Under the pieces are notes generated by a model. That model was not told the origin of the DNA. It worked only from the letters and a program-made list of their open reading frames with translations, and searched no databases. From Chthoniobacterales bacterium (GTDB taxonomy: Bacteria > Verrucomicrobiota > Verrucomicrobiia > Chthoniobacterales > Chthoniobacteraceae): DNA of 64,000 nt. This document shows, in pieces, positions 35,607 through 48,418 of the stretch. Every line of letters starts with the position of its first letter. The stretch's first letter is position 1. The stretch is from the NCBI GenBank assembly GCA_038207335.1, contig JBBQZX010000025.1, positions 1 through 64,000 on the forward strand, given 5' to 3'. The translations under genes were made by a program, and so were the position numbers.

Positions 35607-38393
35607 TCAAAATGTCTTGAGCAGTTCGATGACTGCTTCTTTGTCCGCGTCCGTCATCGATTTGAAGGAGTCGAAGTAATGCCCCTTGTCCATGACGAAG
35701 TCTGGGCAGCGGCTGACCTTCATGAGTTCGGGAGCTATTTTCTCCCGCATGAGTTTTTGCGCTGCTTCCTCCGAAAGATGTCGGGACTCGATCTGTGCCA
35801 ACGTCACGAGCGTGTCCTTGAATGTCCCCCTCAATAGCTTCGGATCGGCGTCCGGGTTGAGATTCGCAAGGAGACTGACGGGGGTGCCTTTTGGAATAGG
35901 CCCCAACCGCAAGTCGCCGAGCTTGCCACCGAGGAAGTAGAGGAACAATCCGACGAGCAACGCCGCAAAGATCGAGATGTAACCCAGCCATCGGCAGCGT
36001 CTCGCAGCTAAGAAGCAAACGAATGCAACAATCAAGAGCACAGCACTCGGAACCCAAAGCCAGCGGTTCCACTTCTTCAACCGGGGGAGATAACCTTTCA
36101 AGTGCATCAATCCCGGCAATTTCGCGACGATTGCTGGAACTTGCTCGGCGGGTAGAGTGAGGTAGGTCACGTCTGATGTGCGCCAGATGAGACCGTGGTC
36201 GCGCTTTAGCCGTTCCGGCGTGGCGTCGTTGTAGCTCGAGCCGCTCGTGCGCGGTGTGAGCAGAAGCAGCTTGCGCATCGCATCTTCAAACGCGTCCAGA
36301 CGTCCATCGAGTGAAGGATCTCCTGTATAGAGTCCGAGGCTGTTGTTGTGCAGCAACGGCGCTGTGGCCCACACGGAGATGAGAGATGGGACGCGATAGA
36401 ATCCAACGCCGCCGCCGCCGTCGGGAGCTAGATTGGTCTTGTGACGCGGCGTGTAGGTTTCCTCCTTGTCTTGGAAAGGGTCGAAGTAGCTGATCGCCCC
36501 GACCGCTGGCATCTGTTGGTAGCTGTTCGATGTAAAGTCTTCCCATATGTGCCCGTGAATCCCATTAGTCGCGACCGCGCGCTGAGAGTTGGTACGCACG
36601 ATGGTCACCGGGATGCGGTAGTCGGTGGAGAGATAGTTATCGCGCCAGAACTCCGGTTTTTCCACCTGCTCAGCCGCCCATGACTGATACTCCGGATCTT
36701 CGATCCAGTGATTTGGATTGTGGTCCCACGGCTCACCTTTCGCCGCCCAGTCGGCGAGTTCCTGCTGTCTCGGGGGAGGCTGGATGCTGGAGTGACACAC
36801 GACACACTGCCCGGCGAAGACTTTGCGACCCAAGGCGAGCTTTGAGACGTCGATGTGGCGCGCGCGCACGGTGCGATCGTTGCCCGCGGCTTTGGAAGCC
36901 TTGTCGCCACCGCCATTTGCCGCGAGCAGCGGCATAGGAGACGTGATCTTCAAGAAGTAATCGCGAAGCGGCGCGACACGTTCCTGCGTGGCCTGCCAAT
37001 AGACGGAGTGCGCTGCGCAGTCGCTGATTAGGAAGGGGCTCTGCGGCTGGAATCCGACCAACGGGCGGTGCAGGCGCGTCCACTGCTCCCAGTAGGTTCC
37101 GATGTTCAGATAGACCCGTGCCAATGCACCCCATGCGCCGATCGAATCCGCGCCGTCGAGAAGAACCCGCGGCACGGGTCGCGTGGTGCTATTCGACTTG
37201 CCCAACGGCTCGAGAAGCTGCGCGGCACCCAGCTTATCCCACAAATCTTTGGGCACTTTGTCGTTCTTCGTTGGATCGAGAAAGTCGAGCTCGCCTGTCT
37301 GCGGATTGCGCTGCCAGACATGCGCTGGGGCATTCGCGGGGAGATGCTCGGTTGGGTTGCCCCAAACGCCGGGCTGTGTCGCGCTGGCGTGCGAGATACC
37401 CTCAGGAGGATTGACCAATGCTCTTACGACTCGCTGCGGTAGGGCAAAGATCGCGTTCATCGCGTTCGGATTGCTGATGTTATCCGAGGCGATGAGCGAG
37501 GTATCGACAGTGCCGGGCGGTTGGCTGTCGAGCAGGTGATAGACGAAGTTGTCCCGCGGCAGCAGGTTGCCAAAGATCGCGCGCACGCGGAGATACTGCG
37601 CGCCGATGTTGCCTGAAATATTTTCCCAGCGCGGCTCGGCGACGTTTGGGGGGGGATTCAGCGGGTGGAAGGAGGCGTGGCAGAAAGCGCAACTCATCCC
37701 AACGCGATACGGGCGCACGAGCGACGGATCATTATAGTAGCTTGGATCCTCATAGTATCGCTTCGCATCCCACTCCTTCTCGGCTTTCGCAAAGTTTGGA
37801 TTGTTAAAGATTCGGAGTCCTATGACGCCGCTTGATCGACCGTAGATTTTCTCTGGAATGTCGTTCGCGCTCCCGCCGGTTGGCACGTCGATCCACAGAC
37901 CGTATCGATCGGGCGCCTGCGCTTCCTGCATTCCCGGCTCATTGATGATTCCCGCGCTTTTGAAACGCGTCGCGCGTATGCGACTATCGACAAGTTTCAA
38001 CAGGTCGGTGAAGCCGTAGCTATTGCCCGCTAACCAGTCCCAGAAGCCTTCATTCCCACCGCACCAAAGCATCCACGTGTTGCGTCCGAGGATTTCGTTC
38101 GGGGTCTCGACGGGGTCGCGGAGAGTCCCCGGCACGGTGGCGGGTGCCTTGTCGAGGAATTGATAGACCGGCAGCGGCTCTGCGCTTGCGCTCGCGGTGA
38201 TGTCCATGCCTTTCAGGAAGTTGGACTTCTCCTTCGTCACTTCATATCGGAAGTAACTCGCGTCCCATCCACTCGCTTTTGCCTCGTCGTCCGGCGCGCC
38301 CGCCGCCGTCGGGTGATCCGCGCGATGACAGCCGTCCAATAGCAAAACCATGACGATAAGAGCGAAATGGCGAGCGGCTGCGCGGGGTGACAT
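35607..38393 (-). CDS. Large di-heme c-type cytochrome (RoxA/bCcP-like superfamily), exported and membrane anchored
   Basis: Two CxxCH motifs (CAFCH, CVVCH); YRVPSLISVWATAPLLHNNS motif; N-terminal lipobox-like LLDGC; two C-terminal TM helices. Confidence 0.7.
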   Translation of the reverse strand: MSPRAAARHFALIVMVLLLDGCHRADHPTAAGAPDDEAKASGWDASYFRYEVTKEKSNFLKGMDITASASAEPLPVYQFLDKAPATVPGTLRDPVETPNEILGRNTWMLWCGGNEGFWDWLAGNSYGFTDLLKLVDSRIRATRFKSAGIINEPGMQEAQAPDRYGLWIDVPTGGSANDIPEKIYGRSSGVIGLRIFNNPNFAKAEKEWDAKRYYEDPSYYNDPSLVRPYRVGMSCAFCHASFHPLNPPPNVAEPRWENISGNIGAQYLRVRAIFGNLLPRDNFVYHLLDSQPPGTVDTSLIASDNISNPNAMNAIFALPQRVVRALVNPPEGISHASATQPGVWGNPTEHLPANAPAHVWQRNPQTGELDFLDPTKNDKVPKDLWDKLGAAQLLEPLGKSNSTTRPVPRVLLDGADSIGAWGALARVYLNIGTYWEQWTRLHRPLVGFQPQSPFLISDCAAHSVYWQATQERVAPLRDYFLKITSPMPLLAANGGGDKASKAAGNDRTVRARHIDVSKLALGRKVFAGQCVVCHSSIQPPPRQQELADWAAKGEPWDHNPNHWIEDPEYQSWAAEQVEKPEFWRDNYLSTDYRIPVTIVRTNSQRAVATNGIHGHIWEDFTSNSYQQMPAVGAISYFDPFQDKEETYTPRHKTNLAPDGGGGVGFYRVPSLISVWATAPLLHNNSLGLYTGDPSLDGRLDAFEDAMRKLLLLTPRTSGSSYNDATPERLKRDHGLIWRTSDVTYLTLPAEQVPAIVAKLPGLMHLKGYLPRLKKWNRWLWVPSAVLLIVAFVCFLAARRCRWLGYISIFAALLVGLFLYFLGGKLGDLRLGPIPKGTPVSLLANLNPDADPKLLRGTFKDTLVTLAQIESRHLSEEAAQKLMREKIAPELMKVSRCPDFVMDKGHYFDSFKSMTDADKEAVIELLKTF

Positions 38394-38580
38394 TGGCAAA
38401 AGAGGAGCGCCGCCCGCGGACCAACTTTCCCCACGAGGCTGGCGGATGATTTCTAGGCAGCCGCGCGCCGCCCGTAAATAGGTGGAATCACCCTACGCTG
38501 CGAGTGACGGAAATGAGGAACTCGCACAACGTTTCGTCTCGTTGCCTAATCCGCGCGAACTTCCAGGATTCGTTTTTTCG

Positions 38581-39912
38581 GTGACCTTCCAATCCACATT
38601 CACTCGCCTCGCGGCTACTTTCGCGGCGCTGCTTTGGGCACCGTCTGCGCCCGCCGCGCCGGTGAGCTTTCGCGACGATGTCGCGCCGCTACTCCATCGG
38701 CGCTGTGGGGCGTGTCACGGCGAAGAGAGCGCGAAAGGCGGTTACCGGCTCGACACTTTCGCGCGAATGGCGAAGGCGGGAGACAGTGAACTGCCATCAC
38801 TCGTGCCGGGCAAATCGGGGGACTCCGGGCTGTATAATCTTCTCGTAGAGTCCGATGCAAACGACCGGATGCCTCAGAAAGCCGAAGCGCTGCCTGCCAC
38901 CGAAATCGCACTCGTGCGCCGCTGGATCGACGAAGGCGCGACGCTCGATGGGGGTAAGCCGGAGACGCCGCTCGTGGAATTTGCGCGCGCGACTTTACTC
39001 CGGCCCGCGCCGGGAAAATACGCACATCCAGCACCCGTCACCGCGCTCGCATTCAGCCCGGATGGCACACAGCTCGCCGTCTCGGGCTACTACGAAGTGA
39101 CGCTGTGGGACGTGGCTACGGGCGCGCTAGCGCGCCGCATCGGAGGACTGCCGGAGCGCATCACCTCGATCGCGTGGAGTGGAAAAGCGAACCTCCTCGC
39201 AGTCGCCGGAGGCTCGCCTGCGCAGTGGGGCACGGTCGCGATGGTCGATCCGGGGAGCGACTTTGCGGTGCGTCTGCTGTGTGACCTTTCCGAGACGGCA
39301 CTGAGCGTCGCGTTTAGCCCCGACGGCTCTCGGCTGGCGGCCGGCTGCGGTGACCGGACGATTCGCTTTTTTGACGCAAATAGCGGCAAGCAGACCCGAG
39401 TGCTGCGACAGCACGCCGACTGGGTTCAGACGGTCGCGTTCAACTTCGACGGGAGCAGCGTCATCTCGGCCAGTCGCGACCGCACGGTGCGCCTCTTTAA
39501 CGCCGCGACAGGCGAACTCGCAGCGACCGACGCCGAGCACGATGCCGCTGTGCTCGTGGCGGCATTTTCGTCGAGCGGCTCGCAGGTTTTCTCGATGGAA
39601 AAAGGGGCTTCGGTGCGGTTTTCGGAACTCGATTTCGACAAGCCGAAAAAGATCGAAATCGGCGCGCCGCTGCAGACGCTCGCGCTGGCACCCTCGGGCG
39701 TGGTCACGGGCGATGCGCGGGGAGTCGTGCGGGTGAATCAGCTCGCCGATCGGAAGCAGCTTTTTGCGCTGATGGGGCACGAAGATTCCATCGATGCGCT
39801 AGCGGTGTGCAGCTCGGGAAAAATCGCGAGCGGCAGCCACGACGGCGTCGTGTGCATCTGGGATTTGGCCTGCGGAACGTGGACGCAGCGGTTCATCGCC
39901 AGCCCGCTGTAG
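38581..39912 (+). CDS. Planctomycete-type cytochrome c domain plus WD40 repeat protein
   Basis: VSFRDDVAPLLHRRCGACH...MP...WIDEGA, followed by WD40 repeats (AFSPDG, HADWV, SGSHDG..IWD). Confidence 0.88.
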   Translation: MTFQSTFTRLAATFAALLWAPSAPAAPVSFRDDVAPLLHRRCGACHGEESAKGGYRLDTFARMAKAGDSELPSLVPGKSGDSGLYNLLVESDANDRMPQKAEALPATEIALVRRWIDEGATLDGGKPETPLVEFARATLLRPAPGKYAHPAPVTALAFSPDGTQLAVSGYYEVTLWDVATGALARRIGGLPERITSIAWSGKANLLAVAGGSPAQWGTVAMVDPGSDFAVRLLCDLSETALSVAFSPDGSRLAAGCGDRTIRFFDANSGKQTRVLRQHADWVQTVAFNFDGSSVISASRDRTVRLFNAATGELAATDAEHDAAVLVAAFSSSGSQVFSMEKGASVRFSELDFDKPKKIEIGAPLQTLALAPSGVVTGDARGVVRVNQLADRKQLFALMGHEDSIDALAVCSSGKIASGSHDGVVCIWDLACGTWTQRFIASPL

Positions 39913-39924
39913 CCACGACCCCGG

Positions 39925-42690
<2,766 letters not shown>

Positions 42691-42796
42691 AGATTTAGCA
42701 AGTCCAAAGCCCGCGACCTTTCAGAGTTTAGCCCGAAAATCGAACGGCGTGCTCCAGAGTCATGGAACACGCCGTTGCGAGAAAAGTTGGCGGCGC

Positions 42797-43096
42797 TCAG
42801 AGCCCCGGGATCGCCGGTGCCATCGGCGCGGCTCCTGCGCCCGGATCGGCCGGCAGCGCAGCCTCGCCCATCGCGGGAGGCGGCAGACCGAGCGCGTCCG
42901 GCGCGGGTGCGAGATTGCCGGGAGCGGCATCGAGCGGCGTGATCGGCTCATCGATTTTCGTCGGCTTCGGCGGCGGCGGGACGAACCGGTTGCGACGGTT
43001 CGAATACATGTCGCTGTAAATGGTTTTGCAGCCGGTCAGCGTGACGGCGACGACGAGGAGGAGGAGAAAGCAACGGGATGGGCGGGACATGCGCAT
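42797..43096 (-). CDS. Small proline-rich lipoprotein
   Basis: Lipobox LTGC after a hydrophobic stretch; Pro/Ala-rich tail. Confidence 0.6.
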   Translation of the reverse strand: MRMSRPSRCFLLLLVVAVTLTGCKTIYSDMYSNRRNRFVPPPPKPTKIDEPITPLDAAPGNLAPAPDALGLPPPAMGEAALPADPGAGAAPMAPAIPGL

Positions 43097-43283
43097 CGTT
43101 ATTGTGATGCGCTCGCGCCTCGTCAACTCCACTCGTGCGCAAAGTGGAAAAATGTGGCGCTTTGGGAGCCGGGATCGGTGAGCACGCCAGCGCGCACCCC
43201 TCAGGAATTTCTCCATTCTCCCTAAAACGCCGACTTGCGCGCGCGTGAGATCGACGATCTTGGCTTACGCGCGCTCCTCCCGC

Positions 43284-43317
43284 AAAAAGCGAAAGGCGCG
43301 ATTTCTCGCGCCTTTCG
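43284..43317 (-). terminator. Rho-independent terminator
   Basis: cgaaaggcgcga-tttc-tcgcgcctttcg hairpin with an adjacent A5 (U-tract on the minus strand), downstream of 43345..44811. Confidence 0.8.
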
Positions 43318-43344
43318 GAAAACTGCTCGGAACGAAGCGCGATG

Positions 43345-44811
43345 CTACTTCGTCGTCGGCATGTAACGGTAGAAAACCTCGAGCATCAGCACGCACAGCG
43401 TAGTACGGTAGTAGGGACCCGCGCCCTCACCTTTGGTCTGCAACTCACCGCCTGCGCCCCCTTTTCCACCGATCGGTGGCCAGGAGCCATCGGGGCTCTG
43501 GTTGTCGGCAATCTCATCCTGAAACATCCGATTCCACGTGCTCCACGCGGTACCGCCATACATTAGGCATGCCTGCGTATTGTAGTACCACGCGTAGAGA
43601 TTCGCGGTGTCCGCTTTGTATTTCACCGGTTGCTCCTTCTTGCTCTGTTCGAGCATGAACTCGATGCCTTCCTTCACGACCTTGTCCTTGTCCTGCTTCC
43701 AGAAATAGGTGCACAGCACGCCGACGCCCGTGAGGCTGTAGCGATCCTCTGCTTTGCGGTATCCAAAGCCGCCTTTCGGCCCCTGCACGCGCTTGAGATC
43801 CAGCATCGCTTTGTCGAGCGCTTCGTCCACGCCTTTGATCCCGAGACCGGTGAGATGCGCCGCTTTCAACGCCTGAATCTCCCATCCGCTCACCGAGGTG
43901 TCGCTGTCGGGACCTTTGGTGAAGCCGTATTGCCAGCCGCCGTCTGGTGCCTGTCCATCGACGATGTAGCCCACCGCCTGCTTGAGCAGATCGATGTAAC
44001 GATCATCCTTCGTCATCGTGTAATATTCGCCCATCGCGTAGGTGGCGATGCCGTGCTCATAGACGCCCGCGTTGCCGCCCCAGCCGTCATTCGTGAGCGA
44101 CATGCGGCCCTGAAATTGCGTGCCTTCTTTCAAAAGCCAATCGAGTCCCTTCTTCACCGTCGGCCCGAACTCCACGGACTCCGGCGTCTCCCCGTGCCCA
44201 AGGAAGCAGAGGATCGCAAGGCCCGTCATTGCGGGCTTGTGCTCGCCGGCCCACGATCCGTCCTCGCTCTGATGCTGCTTCAGCCAGCGCAGGCCAGCCA
44301 TCACGGCTTTCTCGCTCTTGTCTTTGCCGTTGTTTTTCGACATCGCCATCATCCGCGCCGTGCCGCCCGCGCGTCCGGCCATCGTCGCCGGGAGGCCCTT
44401 GCCGCCGGCTCCGCCGCTGAGGCTTTTCGGCATTTCGACCATCTTGACGTCACCGATCGCCTTCATCACGGGCATCGGTGCGGCGGCCATCTGAAATGAA
44501 GTCGCCACGGTCGTCGTGCTCGTGATCGCATTGACGCTCGGCGCGCTGACGGACGGCTGCTCCGGCGTGAATGTCTGCGGGGTGAGTTCCGGCTGTTGCG
44601 GTGGCGGTTCGGATGAAGTTTCGTTGCCGACGATGCCACCCGTCGAAGTGAAGTCGGGCGGCTCGACGTAGGCTTTGAAGAGCACGACGCTCCCGCCGAC
44701 GATGACGAGGATGACGTGGAGCAGCAGCGAAAACGTGAAGAATCGCGACGCCGCGAGTCTTTCTTGGATGCGCCGGGTGAGCGGTTTTTTGGGGGCTTCG
44801 TCCATGTTCAT
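43345..44811 (-). CDS. Prenyltransferase/squalene-oxidase repeat (QW motif) alpha-barrel protein, N-terminally anchored
   Basis: WLKQHQSEDGSW, QAPDGGW, QSPDGSW repeats; TM segment SLLLHVILV; DSDTSV rather than a DxDD cyclase motif. Confidence 0.8.
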   Translation of the reverse strand: MNMDEAPKKPLTRRIQERLAASRFFTFSLLLHVILVIVGGSVVLFKAYVEPPDFTSTGGIVGNETSSEPPPQQPELTPQTFTPEQPSVSAPSVNAITSTTTVATSFQMAAAPMPVMKAIGDVKMVEMPKSLSGGAGGKGLPATMAGRAGGTARMMAMSKNNGKDKSEKAVMAGLRWLKQHQSEDGSWAGEHKPAMTGLAILCFLGHGETPESVEFGPTVKKGLDWLLKEGTQFQGRMSLTNDGWGGNAGVYEHGIATYAMGEYYTMTKDDRYIDLLKQAVGYIVDGQAPDGGWQYGFTKGPDSDTSVSGWEIQALKAAHLTGLGIKGVDEALDKAMLDLKRVQGPKGGFGYRKAEDRYSLTGVGVLCTYFWKQDKDKVVKEGIEFMLEQSKKEQPVKYKADTANLYAWYYNTQACLMYGGTAWSTWNRMFQDEIADNQSPDGSWPPIGGKGGAGGELQTKGEGAGPYYRTTLCVLMLEVFYRYMPTTK

Positions 44812-44962
44812 AAGGAATAGGTTTTGAGGGTTGGTGTCAATGACTGGCGACGGCGTATGCGAGTTGTTTTCGAGTGCGAATCACTGAGCGATACGGCGGG
44901 GGCGCGCGGGTTATTAGAAGGTGGGATTACCTTTCGCGAATCCGGCTCCGGGGAATCGCCAC

Positions 44963-45433
44963 TCACCCGACCAGCTTCGCCTCGTGCTTTGCCAGCACTT
45001 TCACGAAATCCGCCGACGTCTTCGCCGCGCGCAATTCCGCCTCCGAATCCGGCTGCCGCAACACACGTGAAAGCAGGCCAATGATTCGCAAATATTCGGA
45101 ATCAAGCGCAGGCGGGAGGCCGATGCAGAAAAAATACCGGATTGGCCGCGCGCAGCCCGGGAACAAGATTCCCGGCTCGACGCGTCCGGCGCTCATCACC
45201 ATGCCGGTCACCGCGACGGTGCGCGCGTGCGGCAGGCAAATCTCGAACTCGCAGCCCGCCTCCGCGGCGCACGGCGCGGCGGCTCGCAGCGCGGCGGAGA
45301 GTTTCGCGAAATCCACAACCTCCTCGTCATTCCGCAGCAGCTCGATCACTTCCCCGATCGCCCCATCCGCTGAATCCGCGGACAGCCCGAGCACCACATT
45401 TTCCGGCAGCATGGTCTCCGAGATCGTAATCAT
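44963..45433 (-). CDS. PTS EIIA (Ntr/fructose-type) domain protein
   Basis: ICLPHART phospho-His motif; EYLRIIGLLSRVL. Confidence 0.8.
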   Translation of the reverse strand: MITISETMLPENVVLGLSADSADGAIGEVIELLRNDEEVVDFAKLSAALRAAAPCAAEAGCEFEICLPHARTVAVTGMVMSAGRVEPGILFPGCARPIRYFFCIGLPPALDSEYLRIIGLLSRVLRQPDSEAELRAAKTSADFVKVLAKHEAKLVG

Positions 45434-46296
45434 ACGGCAGTCCCACTCAGCTTCAATTTCTGCCGAAGCACCTCGAAAAAGCTCATCCCCGGCAGCATCG
45501 CAAGCGAGAGCCGATGCGGCGCCTTCGTCACGCGAATCCTGTCCCCTGGCTGCACGCGGGTCGCCGCCTGCCCGTCGAGAGTGAGGAAAATTTCGCTATG
45601 ATCCCGCGACGGCGCGATCTCGATCGCGGATGCATCGCTCACGATCATTGGCCGCATCGTGAGCACATGCGGGCAGATCGGCGTGATGACGAAAACGCCG
45701 CTGTTCGGCGTCAGCACAGGCCCCCCAGCGCTCAGCGAATACGCCGTCGAACCCGTCGGCGTCGCCACGATGAGCCCGTCGGCGTTGTATTCGGAAAAGT
45801 TCACGCCATCGATCAATACGTCGATTTTGATGAGTCGCGAAAGTTCGCCACGGCTCACGACCGCGTCGTTCAGCGCCGTCTCCGCGAGCACGATTTTCCC
45901 GTCGCGCCACAGTTCCACCGCGAGCAGCGCCCGCTCGCTGAGCCTGTAATTTCCAGCCTCCAGCGCCGACACCGCACCCTCCCAATCTGCAGAGCTTACC
46001 GACGTGAGGAAGCCGAGCGATCCGATATTGATCCCGAAAATCGGCGGCAGCCGGTGCGACAACTCATGCACGACCTGCAGCAGCGTCCCGTCGCCACCGA
46101 GCACGATGAGCAGCTCGCACTTTTCAGCCATGTCGCCCGTCGTAGCGGAGGAGGTTGCGCCGATCAGCGCCGCCGTTCTTTTCTCGAGCAAAATCTCGCG
46201 TCCATGCCGTGTGAATGCTGTGCACAGGCTGCGCGCCAGCTCGGTCGCGCCCGGCTTTCCCGCGTTCGCGATCAGACCGAATGCGCGCGCAGACAT
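45430..46296 (-). CDS. nadK: NAD(+) kinase
   Basis: LGGDGTLL, GINIGSLGFL, ALND, DGLIVATPTGSTAYSLSAGGP. Confidence 0.95.
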   Translation of the reverse strand: MSARAFGLIANAGKPGATELARSLCTAFTRHGREILLEKRTAALIGATSSATTGDMAEKCELLIVLGGDGTLLQVVHELSHRLPPIFGINIGSLGFLTSVSSADWEGAVSALEAGNYRLSERALLAVELWRDGKIVLAETALNDAVVSRGELSRLIKIDVLIDGVNFSEYNADGLIVATPTGSTAYSLSAGGPVLTPNSGVFVITPICPHVLTMRPMIVSDASAIEIAPSRDHSEIFLTLDGQAATRVQPGDRIRVTKAPHRLSLAMLPGMSFFEVLRQKLKLSGTAV

Positions 46297-47018
46297 GCGA
46301 GAAATTCCTTGTTCCCCTCCCCGCCGAGGATCGGCGATTCGATGCAGCCGAGCCACTCCCATCCGGGCGTTTCTTCGGTGAAAGTGCGGATTTTTTCAAC
46401 CGCCCGCGCGTGCAGCGCAGCGTCACGCACGACTCCGCCGCGGCCGACTTCGTTTTTGCGAAGTTCAAATTGCGGCTTGATCAGCGGGACGATCACGCCG
46501 TCAGCACTCACCACTTCGCGCGCGGGCGGCAAGATCAAAGTCAGTGAGATAAACGACACATCGATCACGCAAATCGACGGCGCATCTGGCACGTCGGCGC
46601 GCGTAAGGTATCGCGCGTTCAGCTTTTCGCGAACGACCACGCGCGGATCGCTGCGAATCTTCCAGTCGAGCTGCGAATGTCCGACGTCGATCGCATACAC
46701 TTTCGCCGCGCCGTGCTGCAGCAGGCAGTCCGTGAAGCCGCCGGTCGAGGCACCGATGTCGAGGCAGATTCTGTCCGCCGGCTCGATGGAAAATTCGCGC
46801 AACGCCGCCTCCAATTTCAACCCGCCGCGTCCGACGTATTTGTCCGCCGCTTTCACCGCGATCGCTGCGTCCTCGGCGACACGCGTGCCCGGTTTGTCGA
46901 TCACATTTTCACCGACCGTCACGCTGCGGGCCATGATCGCACGCTGCGCTTTTTCGCGGCTCTCGCACAGCCCGCGCGCGACAAGTAATTGGTCGATACG
47001 GACTTTCGTCTGCGTCAC
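46272..47018 (-). CDS. tlyA: TlyA-family rRNA 2'-O-methyltransferase
   Basis: S4 domain RIDQLLV, YVGRGGLKL, LDIGASTGGFTDCLLQ, DVSFISL, LIKPQFE, GNKEF. Confidence 0.95.
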   Translation of the reverse strand: MTQTKVRIDQLLVARGLCESREKAQRAIMARSVTVGENVIDKPGTRVAEDAAIAVKAADKYVGRGGLKLEAALREFSIEPADRICLDIGASTGGFTDCLLQHGAAKVYAIDVGHSQLDWKIRSDPRVVVREKLNARYLTRADVPDAPSICVIDVSFISLTLILPPAREVVSADGVIVPLIKPQFELRKNEVGRGGVVRDAALHARAVEKIRTFTEETPGWEWLGCIESPILGGEGNKEFLACLRAHSV

Positions 47019-48418
47019 GGGGAATACGGAACGGTGCCGTTTTTATCCACCACGTATCCGCGCTCTCGAATGTATTTTTCGCCCGGGAGAAAAGCGTCGC
47101 CATTCGCGCGAAGCTTCTCCTGAAGCTGGTCCGCGAGCTTTTGGTGGATTTCGGCGGACAATTTTTCACCGACGAGATTGTGCAACTGATACGGGTCGGC
47201 CTCGTTGTCGAAAAGCAGCCACGGTCCGTCGAGATCGCGGACGTAAGTGTAACGCGCCGTGCGGATACCCCGGTATTCTTTTCCGCCATTTCGCCGCTCG
47301 AATTCTCCAAAAGGCGCGACGCAAGTAATCACCGTTGCGCCGTCTCCCGGCGCCTCGCCGCCGCGCAAATATCCGCTGAAATCGAGACCCTCGACGCTCT
47401 TTGGCGCAGACACTCCGGCGAGCCCGAGCAGGGTCGGCATCACGTCCTCGGAATTGATCGGCACGGTGAGTTCCTTCGCCTGCTTTCCGAGCCCTGCGGG
47501 CCAGCGAATCAGCATCGGCACCCGCGCGGATTCGTCCCACGGGCGTTGCTTTTTCCACTGTGCCTGCGAGCCGAGCATCGCGCCGTGGTCGGCGCTGAAA
47601 AGCAGGATCGTGTTCTCTTCCAGACCGCTTTTTCGAAGCGTCGCGAGGAGCTGGCCCATCGCATCGTCGAGCGCGGTGCAATGGGCATAGTATCCTGCGA
47701 GATTTTTCCGCGCCTCCGCCTCGACTTTCGCGGGAACATTTGGCCGCAGCGTGAGTCCGTCAGCCTGATAAAGCGCCCGATAGGCCGCCGGCGCAGTGAG
47801 GTAGGGATTGTGCGGCGGACCCCACGCGAGCCAGAGCAGAAATGGCTTCTCGGATTTCGCGTGCGCGTCGAGGTATTCGCAAGCGTCGCGGGTCTGCGCC
47901 AGCGCATCGTAGCCGTTCCAGAGCAGCTTCTCCGGGGCGTCGGCATAGTAGCTCGAGTGATTGTAGTCATGGGTGCACTCGAGCACTTTCCAGTAGTCGA
48001 AGCCCTGCCTCCGCTCACGCGGGATGAAGGCCGAGCGGCCATGCCCGTCGATGTGCCACTTGCCGATCGCGGCGGTGTCGTAGCCTTCGGCCTTCAGCGA
48101 TTTCGGCAGCGTCGCAGCGTCAGGTGAAAGTGGCACGTCATTGAGGAAAACGCCGTGCGTGAGCGGGCGCTGGCCGGTGAGAAGCGACGCGCGCGTCGGC
48201 GAGCAGACGGGCATCCCGGCGACTGCATTCACCATCCGAATGCTCTCCGCCGCGAGCGCATCGAAATTTGGAGTTTTGACATTTGGATCGCCGGCGAATC
48301 CGAACGCCTGCTCCCGCCACTGGTCCGCGAGGACGACTACAATATTCGGCTTTTTCTCCGCACCGAAAAGGGTGCAAGCGGCGAGCAGCGAGGCGAATAG
48401 GAGGGCGTGAATTTTCAT
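47015..48418 (-). CDS. Secreted formylglycine-dependent sulfatase
   Basis: Signal peptide, KPNIVVVLADQ, CSPTRASLLTG, GKWH, PPH, DHG. Confidence 0.92.
   Translation of the reverse strand: MKIHALLFASLLAACTLFGAEKKPNIVVVLADQWREQAFGFAGDPNVKTPNFDALAAESIRMVNAVAGMPVCSPTRASLLTGQRPLTHGVFLNDVPLSPDAATLPKSLKAEGYDTAAIGKWHIDGHGRSAFIPRERRQGFDYWKVLECTHDYNHSSYYADAPEKLLWNGYDALAQTRDACEYLDAHAKSEKPFLLWLAWGPPHNPYLTAPAAYRALYQADGLTLRPNVPAKVEAEARKNLAGYYAHCTALDDAMGQLLATLRKSGLEENTILLFSADHGAMLGSQAQWKKQRPWDESARVPMLIRWPAGLGKQAKELTVPINSEDVMPTLLGLAGVSAPKSVEGLDFSGYLRGGEAPGDGATVITCVAPFGEFERRNGGKEYRGIRTARYTYVRDLDGPWLLFDNEADPYQLHNLVGEKLSAEIHQKLADQLQEKLRANGDAFLPGEKYIRERGYVVDKNGTVPYSP

Noticed and set aside
43345..44811. Squalene-hopene cyclase / terpene cluster
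   Set aside because: Only one QW-repeat barrel, no DxDD motif and no hopanoid genes nearby; it fits the PVC prenyltransferase-repeat family.
45514..47328. Long 604-aa + strand ORF, and similar antisense ORFs throughout the window
   Set aside because: Shadow frames of well-supported opposite-strand genes in high-GC DNA.
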